This document shows positions 1 to 11,879 of a stretch of DNA of 64,000 nucleotides, one piece after another. Under the pieces are notes generated by a model. The model ran no database searches. It was given only the letters and a program-made list of their open reading frames with translations, and was not told the DNA's origin. The stretch's first letter is position 1; each line of letters opens with the position of its first letter. A program made the translations under genes and the position numbers. Source of the DNA: Lama guanicoe (taxonomy: Eukaryota); contig MU053934.1 in NCBI GenBank assembly GCA_013239625.1, positions 2,101,031 through 2,165,030 of the forward strand. Direction: 5' to 3'.

Positions 1-131
1 TGGAAGAGGACAATATTAAAATATTTTCCTAGAAAGAATTTTTAGCTGCAGAAACCAAGTCCTAACATTCATTCATTTATCCATTCAACAAACTAAGGGC
101 AAGAGTCTGGGATACCAAGACAAATAAGGAG

Positions 132-296
132 AGGGGAGGGTACAGCTCAAGTGGTAGAGCACGTGGTTAGCCTGCACAAGGTCCTGTGTTCAATCCCCAA
201 TACCTCCTCTAAAAATAAATAAACCTAATTACCTCCCCCTTGTCCCCACCAAAGTAAAATAATTAAGTAATATGTAAATTAAATATTTTAAAAATG
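132..296 (+). mobile_element. tRNA-derived SINE (camelid vic-1-like), inserted in an L2 remnant
   Basis: GGGGAGGGTACAGCTCAAGTGGTAGAGC (A box) ... GTTCAATCCCC (B box), AT-rich tail; TSD AATAAGGAG at 123-131 and 297-305. Confidence 0.9.
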
Positions 297-389
297 AATA
301 AGGAGCTCACAGACTAGGGAAGAAGGGATGAACAGATAAAAAGACAATTGTAATGCTTCATGATAAAGAGGTCATCTTTCATATTCGTC

Positions 390-1110
390 AAGAACACAGA
401 CTCTGGTGTCACACAGACATGGGTTTAAATATGATATGGCCGTAAATCTGACCTTAGACAAGAGAGATCCTTAGCATTTCTAAGGTCCAATTTTCTTCAT
501 TTATGGAACAAGCATGGGTAGCAACCCAGTATTCATTCCCCTCTTGGTCCTTACTAGCAGAACCTCAGTTTTGTTCAGGGCAGGAATCTGAAAGAAAGCT
601 TTAAAAAGAAGAAAAAGAGAATTCTCAGACTCCCTGGTAGCCACACGACACAGTTCTGGACAGAGAGATATAAGTAGGGAATTAGCACCCCTTCCTGACT
701 AATAAAACAGAAACCACAGGAAGAAAAGGCTCTTTGCCCTCCATCCTTTGATTTTTGCCTTTTATCCTTCTTCCCACCCAGAACACAGATTGGAAAAACA
801 GCAGCCCTTTTGTGTCCACTGTAACAAAAGCTACATGCTAAGAATGGTCCTGTGGAGCCACCGTACCAGCCCCAGCCTGTCCACCTCTAATTTATCTATT
901 TCAGCAAAATAAGTCCCCATTTGCTTAAGCCACTTTGGACAGGTTTCTACGTGCTGCCAAACTCGACTCCTAAGTGATACAATCTGTAAACTGAGAATAA
1001 TAATCGTATCTCCCCCTGGGGTTCTTTTGAGCGTTACATAATGCATGCAAAGCCCTTAGCATGACACCTGGCCCACAGACACACTCAATAAATGGTAACT
1101 TAGACCTTTT
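390..1110 (+). mobile_element. MIR sequence on both sides (about 390-520 and 982-1110) of a MaLR LTR
   Basis: GACTCTGG..GGGTTT..GACCTTAGACAAG on the left; ATCTGTAAACTGAGAATAATAAT...CTCAATAAATGGTAAC on the right. Confidence 0.7.
520..981 (+). mobile_element. MaLR LTR (MLT1J-like)
   Basis: 3' end TTGCTTAAGCCACTTTGG..GTTTCT..CCTAAGTGATACA typical of MLT1. Confidence 0.7.
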
Positions 1111-2559
1111 TACTACTATTATTACTTCTGTTATCCTCATTAATATGATTAGTATATGTGCCCAAAGCACATAGGAAGATGTAACTCCTGCCCCAGGGAG
1201 ATGGGGCAAGCTTCACCGAGAATGTTATGTTTGATCTTGGGTCTTTTAAAATGAGGAGGAGTTTCCCAGGCTATGGCTTCTGATAAAAAATGAGTACATT
1301 CTTGAGTGCCTGCAAGGGCTTAGGAAGAGTTCAGCACTGCTCTCCAGGAGATAAGGTGGTAATAGCACTGGGCTTGGAGTTGGAGCACAGGACTCAAGCC
1401 AGTGGACTTCAAACTGAGACTTAAGGAGAAATAAGTGGGTGCTGGAGCACCTAGCCACAGGGCCATTGTGGGCCCACAGGAGATAACAGATCCCATGAAA
1501 GGTCTGTTTAAATACCAGTTATTGTTAACCCTGTACTCTGGTTACTGACAGCCATCAGACAAGCTCGTGGTGTAAATCTCTGCATTTATAAGCTCGTTGA
1601 GAACATGAGCACTCTCTTAATCCTTTCCTTGATTTCTGTGTCCCTGGCCCCAAGTGCAGAGCTTGACACAAAATATATGGTTATTCCAACAGCCCTGAAA
1701 GTATTCAGAAACACAGCCTTGCTCTCACATTCCCCCTGGAAGAACAGATAAAGACCCAGAGCAGAGCAGAAGATCTTGGAAAGGCTGTCTTAACCATGCA
1801 CTCTTCTAAATAAAGACTGAGTGCTCAGGGCCTGAGTCCTTCCCCCAAATTTATCATCTCTTTAATCAGAGAAGAGTAGATATAAATAGAAGACAGCATT
1901 TTCTACTCCAAAGCTTTCTTTTCCCAAAAAAGAAAGGCGGAGAATACTCTTGATAATTCATCAGCTGGATGAAGGGGCAGCCACTCCTGCCACGTGGCGG
2001 GCTGATCTGGGCACAGATACAGAGCCTAATGAGAAACGGAGCTCAGCAAAAGAGGAGCGTGTGATGTTTCAGCCTCATTAGGACTGTAAAAGCAGCCGTC
2101 CAGACACAAACCCTGCCATTGAATTTGACTTTGACCTCACTTTCCTACCTCCCTCTGCTCATGGCATTATTGAACCTGGGTTTTTCCTATAGGCCAGAAC
2201 CTTGCCAACCCTTTTGCCCTTCACATAATGTGTTTGTCTGGTTTCTATTTCTGTAGTTTGATGAAGGATGATAGCAGGGTATTGAGTTGTTGTTTTTCAT
2301 TTAGTGCTGTCACCGCCCTCACCCAGCCCTCTACCCCTCACTCCGCTCCCAACTTGGGTTTTCATTGTCTGTTTTGTGCCTCTTCCTAGGTTTTATTGCT
2401 TCCTTACAGAGTAGAGAAGACATTTTATTTTATTTTATTTTCCAGGCTCTTGTGTATGTAACCTCATATATGCATCTTTCCCACAAAGAATTATGGTGTT
2501 TCGAAATTGGAAATGACCTCAGAAGGGAAAGGCAGGGAAGGTTCGGATATTCACTGAAC

Positions 2560-2770
2560 CCCTGATGTGTGCCAGGCCCTGAACCACGGGCTTTTTTTTG
2601 CATTTAGTCCTCACAGCATGTCCGCGAAGCGGGTAGTATTACATCTCATTTTACAGATGAGAAAACTGAGATCCGGAGAGGTGAAAAGACAAGCTCAAGG
2701 TCATGCTGAGTGGTTACTGACAAAAGAACTCCCTACTTCCTACTCCAAGTCCACTGCCCCTTCCATGCCT
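2560..2770 (-). mobile_element. MIR SINE
   Basis: core CATTTTACAGATGAGAAAACTGAG...AAGGTCA. Confidence 0.85.
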
Positions 2771-3794
2771 CAGCTTGTCTTTGTAGACTTTTTAGGATGT
2801 TTTGATTTAGGTAGATATAAATCTCACAGGGAAGAGGGGAAAAAAAGTGTAACTTTTTGTTTTCTGAAACAGAACGCAACAATCTTGATTCTGTTTTTCA
2901 CGTGGGGCAGAAGCTTCCAGACCTTTGTTGCATCAAGATATTGGGTCTTTGCTGTCTCTGGCGCCTGGTCAGGTATCTTCCCCGGATCCTTGTCTGGCTG
3001 TCGATATCTGTCCCAGCTGGCCTCTGCTGAGCTGTTGTGTCTGGTTGTCAGTCGTTGACCCACCCAGAGAGCAGCTTACCCAGGGTCTCTCCAGGAAAAG
3101 CTCTGTTGTATCTGCTTCACACCTCTGTCAAGGGCATGGGAAAACCAGCTGCTCCCACGCTGCTCTGGGGTCTGGGGAATCTCCAGGAGGCTGTCTTGGG
3201 CCTCTGCTATGTAGACACAGAGGAGACACTGCTACTCCTCACACCCTTGCTGGAGGGGAACCCTGCAAATGTTCTGAAGGGAGGCGGGGCACAGACCTCC
3301 CCTCCTTCCAGATGCCACAGCGTCCTGGAGTTCTGTTTCTCCCTGTCTCCTCCCCGAGGCTCCATCTATGAGAAAGTGGAGGCAAGGATCCTCAGAGACC
3401 CCACATGCGGCTTCAGTTCTGGTCAGCTCTGGACTTGGCTCTCTCTCCTCAACTCTTGCCACATGTGCCTCTCCTGGGTGAGGGCAAAAGACTGGTCCCA
3501 GCTGATTCTGATTCTGGCAAAAACCTCTAGATTTTGTAGGGTGTAGATTTCATGTCCAGAGTTATGCAGGATTTAGACTTCGGGAGTTAAAAAGACCAAG
3601 TTTTTAAAACAGAGACTTTTCTCTCAAGCTATACGTTTCAAAAGCCTTTTGAAATTCAAAAGCTCTGCCCTGACTCTCCTTTCTCTTTGTACTTCCACCT
3701 GTAACAGCTTTATTCCTGAAAGGAAGGGAGGGTGGGAACAGTGGAAGATACCAGGGAAGGTGGGGAAGAGAGAATGAGTTAATATTTCTGTGGC

Positions 3795-4064
3795 GAAGAC
3801 AGTCTCTGCCCCGTTTCCTCATCCTGCGAACACAGAGACAGTTCTCAACCTCCTTCATAGTTAGGATGGGGACATAGGACAATGCTCTGGCCAATGGAAT
3901 GTGGGTAAAAGTTTCAGGCCTGGCCCCTGAAAACATCCCTGCCAATCTCCAGCCCTCCCTTTCCCCTCCACAGCGGCTGTGGAGATCACAAGCTAAAGAG
4001 AGTAATATCACAGGAGAAAAAGGAACCTGGATGCCTGAGTCATCAGTTGGAGGAGAGATGCATC
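3795..4064 (+). mobile_element. MaLR LTR (MLT1-type) interrupted by an L1 3' end
   Basis: CTCTGGCCAATGGAATGTGGGTAAAAG..TTCAGGCCTGGCCC..AAGGAACCTGGATGCCTGAGTCA. Confidence 0.65.
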
Positions 4065-4078
4065 AGACTGTGATGTGA

Positions 4079-4360
4079 TAGAAAACAAACTATGGCTACC
4101 AGAGGGGAAAGGGTGGGGGAGGGATAAATTAGGAATTGGGGATTAACAGATACACATGACTATGTATAAAATAGATAACCAACAAGGACCTACTGTCTAG
4201 TACAGAGAACTATATTCAATTTCTTGGTAATAACATATAATGGAAAAGAATCTGAAAAAGACTGTATATGTATGTATGTATGTATAACACCCTAAATCAC
4301 TTTGTTCTATGCTGAAACTAACATTGTAAATTAACTACACTCCCCCCCCAACCAAAAAAA
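4079..4360 (+). mobile_element. 5'-truncated L1 (3' UTR only)
   Basis: GAAAACAAACTATGGCTACC..GGGATAAATTAGG..AACAAGGACCTACTGT; A tail; TSD AGACTGT(G/T)ATGTGA at 4065-4078 and 4361-4374. Confidence 0.92.
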
Positions 4361-5454
4361 AGACTGTTATGTGAGCAGGAAATGAAATTTAATTATATAT
4401 AAAAATTAAATTAATTAAATCAATTAAATAATAAAATATATAATAATTTATATATAAAATATAATTTAATTATGTTTTTGGTCAAAAGCTTGACTGTTTT
4501 GATTAAAATCTGTGAAACTGAAGGTATATAAAATGACACCAATCCTAATAAAATATTTGGACGATATTCAAAGCTTGGAATTGGAAGGAGAGTGGTGGGA
4601 AAGAAAGCAAGAATGATATCTCAAATCTCTTCTCTCAACCAGCCTGGCATAAAGCCTGGCATACTGAGATGCTTAATAAGTAATGACTGAGTGAGCGAAA
4701 GATCCATGAACCTATCAATTCTGTTTAAACCCAAGACATTTACTATTTCAGTTTTTATGGAGATGAGCAAAGGAGGTAGAGATTTAAAAAAGAGAGAGAG
4801 AGAGATTAAGAAGGAAAAAAAAGTTGGGAATACTGAGAAGGCAAGGTGGAAATAATCTTCCACAAGGCATGCATCCTTCCCTATTCCCACTTTTGTGACT
4901 TAAAACAGTGCTTATCAGCCAGAACTCCCTGTAATTTTGCACTCTACCTGCTCATAAACACAAAAAGTACAGTTAACATTAACATGTTTTATGTTAATGC
5001 ACAAAATGAAGCTGAGCGTGGCAAGTACCACAGTGAGAGGCAGGCAGAACCCAGTAAGTTGGAAAAAAAAATTCTTTCCCTGCGACTTGGAATCATACAG
5101 AAAGGGTTTTGAAGTTTGAAGGGGCTCAATAAATAGCATCTCTTCCCTATCAAGTCAGGAACTGATTTAGAGACAGACACAAAGAGAGGAAATTAAAACG
5201 TTTCTCACTGATCAACAATACGTCCAAGTGTGCAGCCAAATGGATGGGCTGTGAACCTCCATTCTTGAATTAGACTCAACCACCAAGCCACTGGCATAGC
5301 TCGAAAGCCACATGCTACTCCTGACAGGGACCGGCTCCTTAACGCTATGGCTTCACCTTCTTGGAGTCAAGCAGATTTGAAGAAAGAATAAAGTTGCTGA
5401 GCCAAGCCCTGTCCAGTTCTTCTTCCCAAATCACTAATCAGATAAATCCCTCCT

Positions 5455-5810
5455 GTCTAGTCAGCTTTGGCTAAGATATGTGGCAGGAACTAAGACCTCT
5501 AAATTCTCAGTAGCTCACAACCACAAGGATCTCTTCTTCACATACCCATTGTGGGTTGGTTATATATATGCCTTCACTCTGGACCCAGGCTGATGGACTG
5601 GTCCATATCTTGGTCATTACTGGTCTGTGGCAAAGGGAAAAGAGGTAGGGTGGTGGACCACATGATGGAAGGGACCCGCCCGTATTCTCCTCTCATTCCA
5701 TTGGCCAAAGCAAGCCACGTGGCCAAGCCTGCCCTCAGTGGAGTAGGGATGTTTAATCCTTCTGAAGGGAAGGGCAATGAATATGTTGAAACAATACAAT
5801 CTAGTACCCT
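5455..5810 (-). mobile_element. ancient ERVL/MaLR LTR (MLT1/LTR33-like)
   Basis: TCTAGTCAGC..TCTCAGTAGCTCACAACCACAAGG and CATTGGCCAAAGCAAGCCACGTGGCCAAGCC. Confidence 0.6.
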
Positions 5811-5899
5811 CCTTCCCCAGGGGATTCATTTCTCCCAATCTGCACCCAAAGGCCAAAGGAGAAGTATCAGACGCTGTTGTTGTCACACGCCTATCCCAT

Positions 5900-6335
5900 T
5901 GGCTTCCCGTGAAAGTCACCTGTGGGTTCTGCAGACAGTTCCCACATGTCACCTGCTTCCTAACACCTGCCAGAAGGGCTTTTTCTGGCTGGTCCATGAA
6001 ACAGAGGGTTCCAGAAGGAACCTCCCCCCCTCCAAGGAGAATCCCCAGAGGCACCACTTAACTAAGGAGAGACAGAAGTTGGTGTACAAATTCCCCATCT
6101 TTCACCTCTTGGCAGGACAGTTGTGAGCTATTTCTACACTATCCTCAGAGGGCCACAATGGGAGTGAGCTTGAGTTGCCCACAATGGTAACTGGCTCATA
6201 AATACAGCTTTTCTTCTCTTTTCATCCTTCCTTGTCTTCCTCCCTGGGTGTGCTTCTGGGGATCACGACCTAAATAAACCACTGCACCCAGATCCCTGGG
6301 TCCAGGTCTGTTTTGAAAAAACCCAACTATAACAG
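5900..6335 (+). mobile_element. ERVL LTR (LTR16-like)
   Basis: GTTGCCCACAATGGTAAC...GGGATCAC..AAATAAACCACTGCACCCAGATCCCTG...AACCCAACTATAACA. Confidence 0.7.
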
Positions 6336-7010
6336 GGATGGAAGTTTCTCCTGTCAAAGACCTGTGTCGTAATCTTCCATCATTCCCCAGCAATTCCCCA
6401 GCCTACTCAGCCTCACAGCACAAAGCAGTGTGAGGGCAAAATGAATCTTATCCAGTAACTAGCAACTTCCTTTCAGCCAGAACCACCATTTGCAATAATC
6501 CGCCAAAATGACCAATGTGAAGAGAAAGGAGGGAAGTACCGCCATGTCCTCTAGGCCATTGAGAAAATACGGAGCTGCTTCTTGGCCACAGACACACGAA
6601 TCCACAAGAAAGGTGATGCTGTCAACATCAAAGGATGGGCACTGTTCAAACAGTCCCCCAGTCCCCCAAAGTTTCCTATGGCAAAACGGGAAGAGACCAG
6701 AAGGTTCCCCAGCCCACCATTGGCACCATAGTCAACAAACAAGTTAAGGGCAAGACTCTTGCCAGGAGAATGAGTGTGCAGTATTAAGCATATTAAGCAC
6801 TCTAAAGCCAAGGTAGCTCCCTGAAACATGTGAAGGAAAACAATCAGAAAAAGGAGTAAGCCAACAAGAAAATGACGTGGGTTCAACTGAAGTGCCAGCC
6901 TGCTCCACCTAGAGAGCCACTTTGTGAAAGGACCCTAAGTGTCTGGAATCCATTCCCTATGAACGCATGGCATAACAGTGAAGTAGATATCAACAAAGAA
7001 CCTCTACAAA

Positions 7011-7131
7011 TTTTTTAGGGGGTTGGGGGATAATTATGTTTTCTTATTAATTTTTAGAGGAGGTACTGGGAATTGAACCCAGGACCTTGTGTATACTAAG
7101 CACGCACTCTACCACTGAGCTATACCCTACC
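7011..7131 (-). mobile_element. tRNA-derived SINE (vic-1-like)
   Basis: GGAGGTACTGGGAATTGAACCCAGGACC...CTCTACCACTGAGCTATACCC. Confidence 0.9.
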
Positions 7132-7780
7132 CACACCTAAAATTTTTATTTATTAAAAAAAAATAACTTTTATATACTAAGCACATTCCATGTTGAACCT
7201 TCACCATTTCATTCTCAGAATAACCATGTGAGGTTGGTATCATGATCATCCCCATTGTGTGGATGAGGAAACTGAGGCTCAGGGAGGAATCTCCTCCAGG
7301 CAATGATGCCCCCCAGTCTTCCAGTGCCAACTCCCCCAGCACTTGTGGGGAGGCTCCTGATTTCTTGTCAAACCACCTCACCTTTGTGGCCACCCCGGCT
7401 TCTGTCAGCCAGTCTCCGCCTTGGACATCTCAGTGCCTCTTTTTCTTTCCAGCCTGTAATTTAGGATTTCTCACCTGTTCTTACACAGCCATCATCTTGC
7501 CTCATACACAGTTCATTCACGTTCAACAAGTAATGGGTGGCTCCTGGGTGGTGGGATTGTTGAAGGCGTGGGGAAAGTGACCATGAAGATGATCGACTGG
7601 GTCCCTGCTCTCACCAGGCTTATTTTCTGGTGAGGAGAGAGGGTTAAAATAAGCAGTATAAATGTTAGCTAGTGGTAAGGACCGCTCAGACTCAGACCAG
7701 GGTGATGGGATTGTGGGGGCGTGGGTGGCTATTTTTCATTGGGAGACCAGAGAGGGCTGCTTCTCTGAAACGGTCACTTT

Positions 7781-8561
7781 TTTTAACATTAAAGTATAGT
7801 CAATTTACAATGTTGTGTTAGTTTCTGATGTACAGCATAATGAATCAGTTACACATTTATATATACATTCTTTTTCAGATTCCTTTTCAATATAGGTTAT
7901 TACAAGATATTGAATATAGTTCCCTGTGCTGTACAGTAGAACTTTGTTATCTATTTTATATATAGTCATTTGTATTTATACATAGTACCTTGTATGTATA
8001 ATGGTAGTAGCAGCAAATCCCAAACTCCTAATTTATCCCTCCCCTGCCCTTTCCCCTTTGGTAGCCATGAGTTTCTTTTCTATGTCTGCGAGTCTCTTTC
8101 TGTTTTATAAATAAGTTCATTTGTGGGTTTTTTTTTTTAGATTCCACTTATATCATATGGTACTTGTCTTTCTCTGCCTGACTTAACTTCCCTTAGTATG
8201 ATCATCTCCAGGTCCATCCATGTTGCTGCAAATGGCATTATTTCATTCTTTTTTTTTTATGGCTGAGTAGCATTCCATTGTATAAATATACCACAACTTC
8301 TTTATCCAGTCATCTGTCAATGGACATTTAAGTTGCTCTGACGTCATGGCTATTGTAAATAGTGCTGCTATAAACATTGGGGTGCATGTATCTTTTTGAA
8401 TTAGAGTTTTCTCTGGATATATGCCCAGGAGTGGGATTGCTGGATCATATGGTCAGTCTATTTTTAGTTTTTAAAGGAATCTCCATACTGTTTTCCATAG
8501 TGGCTGCACCAAACTACATCCCCACCAGCAGTGTAGGAGGGTTCCCTTTTCTCACACCCCC
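7781..8561 (-). mobile_element. 5'-truncated L1: end of ORF2 plus 3' UTR
   Basis: Minus strand encodes ORF2 C-terminal motifs (PYDPAIPLLGIYPEK..CTPMFIAALFTIA); TSD-like GAAACGGTCACTTT 7767-7780 / GAGAGGGTCACTTT 8562-8575. Confidence 0.93.
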
Positions 8562-9169
8562 GAGAGGGTCACTTTCAAGCCAAGAGCTGAATCACAAGCA
8601 GGTGGAAAGATATGGGGGAAGAGCACCCCACTCAGAGAGAGCAGCATAAGTGAAGGCCTTAAAGGGAGTACTGGTTGAGGAGAAGTAACTAGGGGGGTGT
8701 TAATAACAATACTCGCCTTCAGGGGTATGTGTTTATAGACGCAGGCCACACTTGAGTCCTGTGCTCTGAAGATTCAACACAGACAGGGTGGACCCCCAGC
8801 TTGATCCTCTCACCCCTCCTCCTTACCTCACCTGCTTTATCTTATTCTCTCTCAACACTGTTTGGAATCTGGAATCTGCTCCCACTCAACCTTGGTGAAA
8901 TGAATTGCCCTTTCCAGACTCCACTGTAGCACAGTCCCACGGGCAGGGCGCTGGACTCCTACACTAAGCTCTCTGCCGCCCTCCTAGACTAGGGGCTCAG
9001 AAGGAGCTGGAATCTCTCCCTCCCTCCCCCTCCCCCTCTCTAGCCTTTAGGGATGTGCAGGATGCACAAAAAATGTGCTAAGCATGTTCCCTTAGCACTT
9101 TGCAACAGTTCCAGTGAGTCTTTAACACAAGGTTACTCATTAACCGTCCACCCTCCCCTCCAGCCCTAC

Positions 9170-9345
9170 ATCAAGGGTGGAACCTCAAATGCCCACAGGG
9201 GCCAGGCAGGGAAGGGGCAGGACCACAGGGAGTGAAGACAACTGGGAGGCAATGACAAACTCACCTTTGCGTCATTCAGGAAATTTTGATTTTCTAACGT
9301 GAAATCTCTAGATATTTAAATGTTGGCATTTAATTCTTTGGAAAA
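9170..9345 (+). mobile_element. hAT-Charlie remnant (MER102-like)
   Basis: CTCAAATGCCCACAGGGGCCAGGCAGG and GTGAAATCTC..TTTAAATGTTGGCA..TAATTC. Confidence 0.6.
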
Positions 9346-10355
9346 GTTACATGAGCTCTTCAGTGCCTTTCAAGTGCATTTAAAATAAAATGCATCACAA
9401 ATGCATTTTATTCATAATGGTATGTATTCTCAATATCTCACATGGCAGATGAAAAATAATATCTTCTCAATAGTATCTGTTGAATGAATGAATACATGGA
9501 AAAAAAAGAAACTTTATGAGAATTAATCAGATCATCATTCCCATCGGAGTCCATCAATTGTCATCACTTGGCTCAGCCAAAACTGGATTCCAGGTGTAAA
9601 GTAGGGAGGACTTAGTTTTCTGTGTTACATCAGCTGATGGGATTCCAGTTTGGTTTTTTTATTGCTCCACTATCCCAGGTGACTCCAGTGGCCCTGGGGT
9701 TTTCTGGGGGCAGGAGACCAAATGTCTCCAAAGCAGGCTAAGTTCCACAGGTGGCCCGGGTGGGTTCACACACTCACCAGAGAGACAACTGATAACCAGG
9801 TGCTTAGGATCCGGAAATGCTGCGCTGACATTAGTGGAACCATGGAACGTTAACACCGGAAGCATCACCTCGGGGCTAGCCTCTAGTTACATAGCCCCAG
9901 TGAGCAGAGGAAGAAACTGATTTGGAAAGTAACCCACCCAAGGCCACGTGGTTTTTGGGCCTGAGTCATCTCTCCCTGCTTTCTTTGCCTCTGCTCCGAA
10001 GATGCCACATGTATTCATCACTCCCCGTTTCTAACACAGTAACCAATCTTTGTGAGAAACACTTACATATGTCATGAAGCCCTCCGGACTGGTCAACAGT
10101 GTGGGCTGGCCGTAGACTTTTCTTGGACCAACACCACGCTTGCTGCCATGATAGGGCTTCCCAAGAAACAGAATTAGGTTAAATGCAAATATTCTACTAC
10201 CAGTGGCCCAGAAGGCATCTGGGAGATGTGATTCACAGGGAGGGATTAGGTATTTCCTACTTTTGTATCCCCAGTAGCACCTGAGGGTATTCTGTGTAGC
10301 AGACACAAAGTGCGTATTTGAGTAGTGCCTCCTCTGTGCTGGGCATTGTTCTAAA

Positions 10356-10680
10356 CAGTGGTTCTCCAAGTTGAGCCCCTGGCACTCCCTTTCAGGGGGT
10401 CCTCAAGTCAAAAATGTTTTCGTAACAAAACCAAATGTTATTTACCTCTTGCATTCTCATTCTTGTAACCTTACAGTGGAGTTTTCTAGAGGCTACATGA
10501 TGTCTGGCAGCTTACAGAATGTGTACCTTGTGATTCTTGTGTTCTGAAAATTTCTCAGTTTCAATTTTAAATGTGGTAAATATCAACAGAGACAACCCAC
10601 ATAAGGGGTTTTTTGAAGTCTTCAATAGTATTTAAGAGCATGAAACAGATCTTGGAACCAAGAATTTTGAGATCTACTCC
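10356..10680 (+). mobile_element. hAT-Charlie non-autonomous element (MER119/Charlie1-like)
   Basis: TIR CAGTGGTTCTCCAAG; CAGTGGAGTTTTCTAGAGGCTACATGA; right end ATTTTGAGATCTACT. Confidence 0.75.
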
Positions 10681-11052
10681 TCTAGAGTTGAGCAGGGAGG
10701 GGGAATTGGAAGAGTCTGAGGATGAGGGGCAGGTGATGGAAGCAGGGACGGGGTGATAGGTAGGGGAGGGGCAGCTTCCAGTATTAAACAGAGTGATTAA
10801 AGTTGGGCTCATTATGAAATAAACCTACAAATCAAGTATCTGATATCTCTTGAGTTGCCATTTAAAATCCTCTCACTTATCCTAAATTTAAAATTTTTAT
10901 TGTGAATTGAATCATAAACATACAAGACATGTGCATAGCATTTAAAAGATTGGTTAAGAAATAAGAATATTTCAGGTAGGTTTAAAATTCCATTGTGAGA
11001 TCCTCAAAGACAGCATCACTCTCCTAGCCAAAGTAAGCCCTATCTAAATTTT

Positions 11053-11196
11053 AAAAAATTTATTTATTTTTAAAACTTTTTTTGGGGTGGGTAATTAGGG
11101 TTTTAGTTATGTATCTTTAATGGAGGTACCAGGCATTGAACCCAGGGCCTTGTGCATGCTAGGCACACACTCTACCACTGAGCTGTACCCTCCCCC
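11053..11196 (-). mobile_element. tRNA-derived SINE (vic-1-like) within an old L1 fragment
   Basis: TTGAACCCAGGG..CTCTACCACTGAGCTGTACCCTCCCCC; TSD AGCCCTATCT(AA/TG)ATTTT 11036-11052 / 11197-11213. Confidence 0.92.
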
Positions 11197-11879
11197 AGCC
11201 CTATCTTGATTTTTGAGTTGAATATTCTTTCATGTTTCTTCATAGTTGTACCATCCGCATAACAGATACAGAATATACTCAGCAAGTGATAAATTGCTTA
11301 GTTCTGGAAAACTGAGAAGCAAGCCCAAACCATTGTGAGGAAGGGGCAATGCAGCTGCTGATAGATGAAATCCCCCTGGAGGAAAGGAACTGGCCCAAGA
11401 GAGGCTTCTGTTGTTTCTAAGAGTGGCTTCCAGGGAAGTCAGTGGGTAACATCAGGGCATCTGCAAGGCTATAGGGTGAGCCAGGCGCTGCAGTCTGGCA
11501 GAAATACGTTCATGGGGAGAGCGCTACTCCGTTTTCTGTTTTGTTTTTGCTTTTGCTTTTCAGCTCAATGACCGACCTCTACATCTTAGAAATGGGTCGA
11601 AACTCAACACCTGCAGACCTGAAACAACTGCCCCGCACTTTTGGGAGAGCAGGGACTCAGCACCCAGTCAAGGCAAGGTCTGGAAAAGAACCAGAGTGCT
11701 GCTTAGCTGGGCATTCTCTCCCTTGAGCTAGGATCTTGATGATAATGCCCCAAACGTATCTGTCTACATGCTGAGTCCCAGGACTTCCCCTGGACTGGTT
11801 GAAGTGGTCACCCTCTCAGTCTGGGACACGACTGTCACTCAGTAGATCTCTGGTTTACCAAGCCTACAGCTTCCTACTT

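Noticed and set aside
132..210. tRNA genes at the SINE heads (also 25986, 35424, 58527 and others)
   Set aside because: tRNA-like A/B boxes are followed by a shared AT-rich tail and flanked by TSDs, so these are SINEs
4385..4475. Very AT-rich stretch as an origin or matrix attachment region
   Set aside because: Low-complexity expansion next to an L1 tail; nothing in the sequence supports a function
8377..8649. 90-aa ORF resembling database 'hypothetical proteins'
   Set aside because: Antisense reading of the L1 ORF2 3' end
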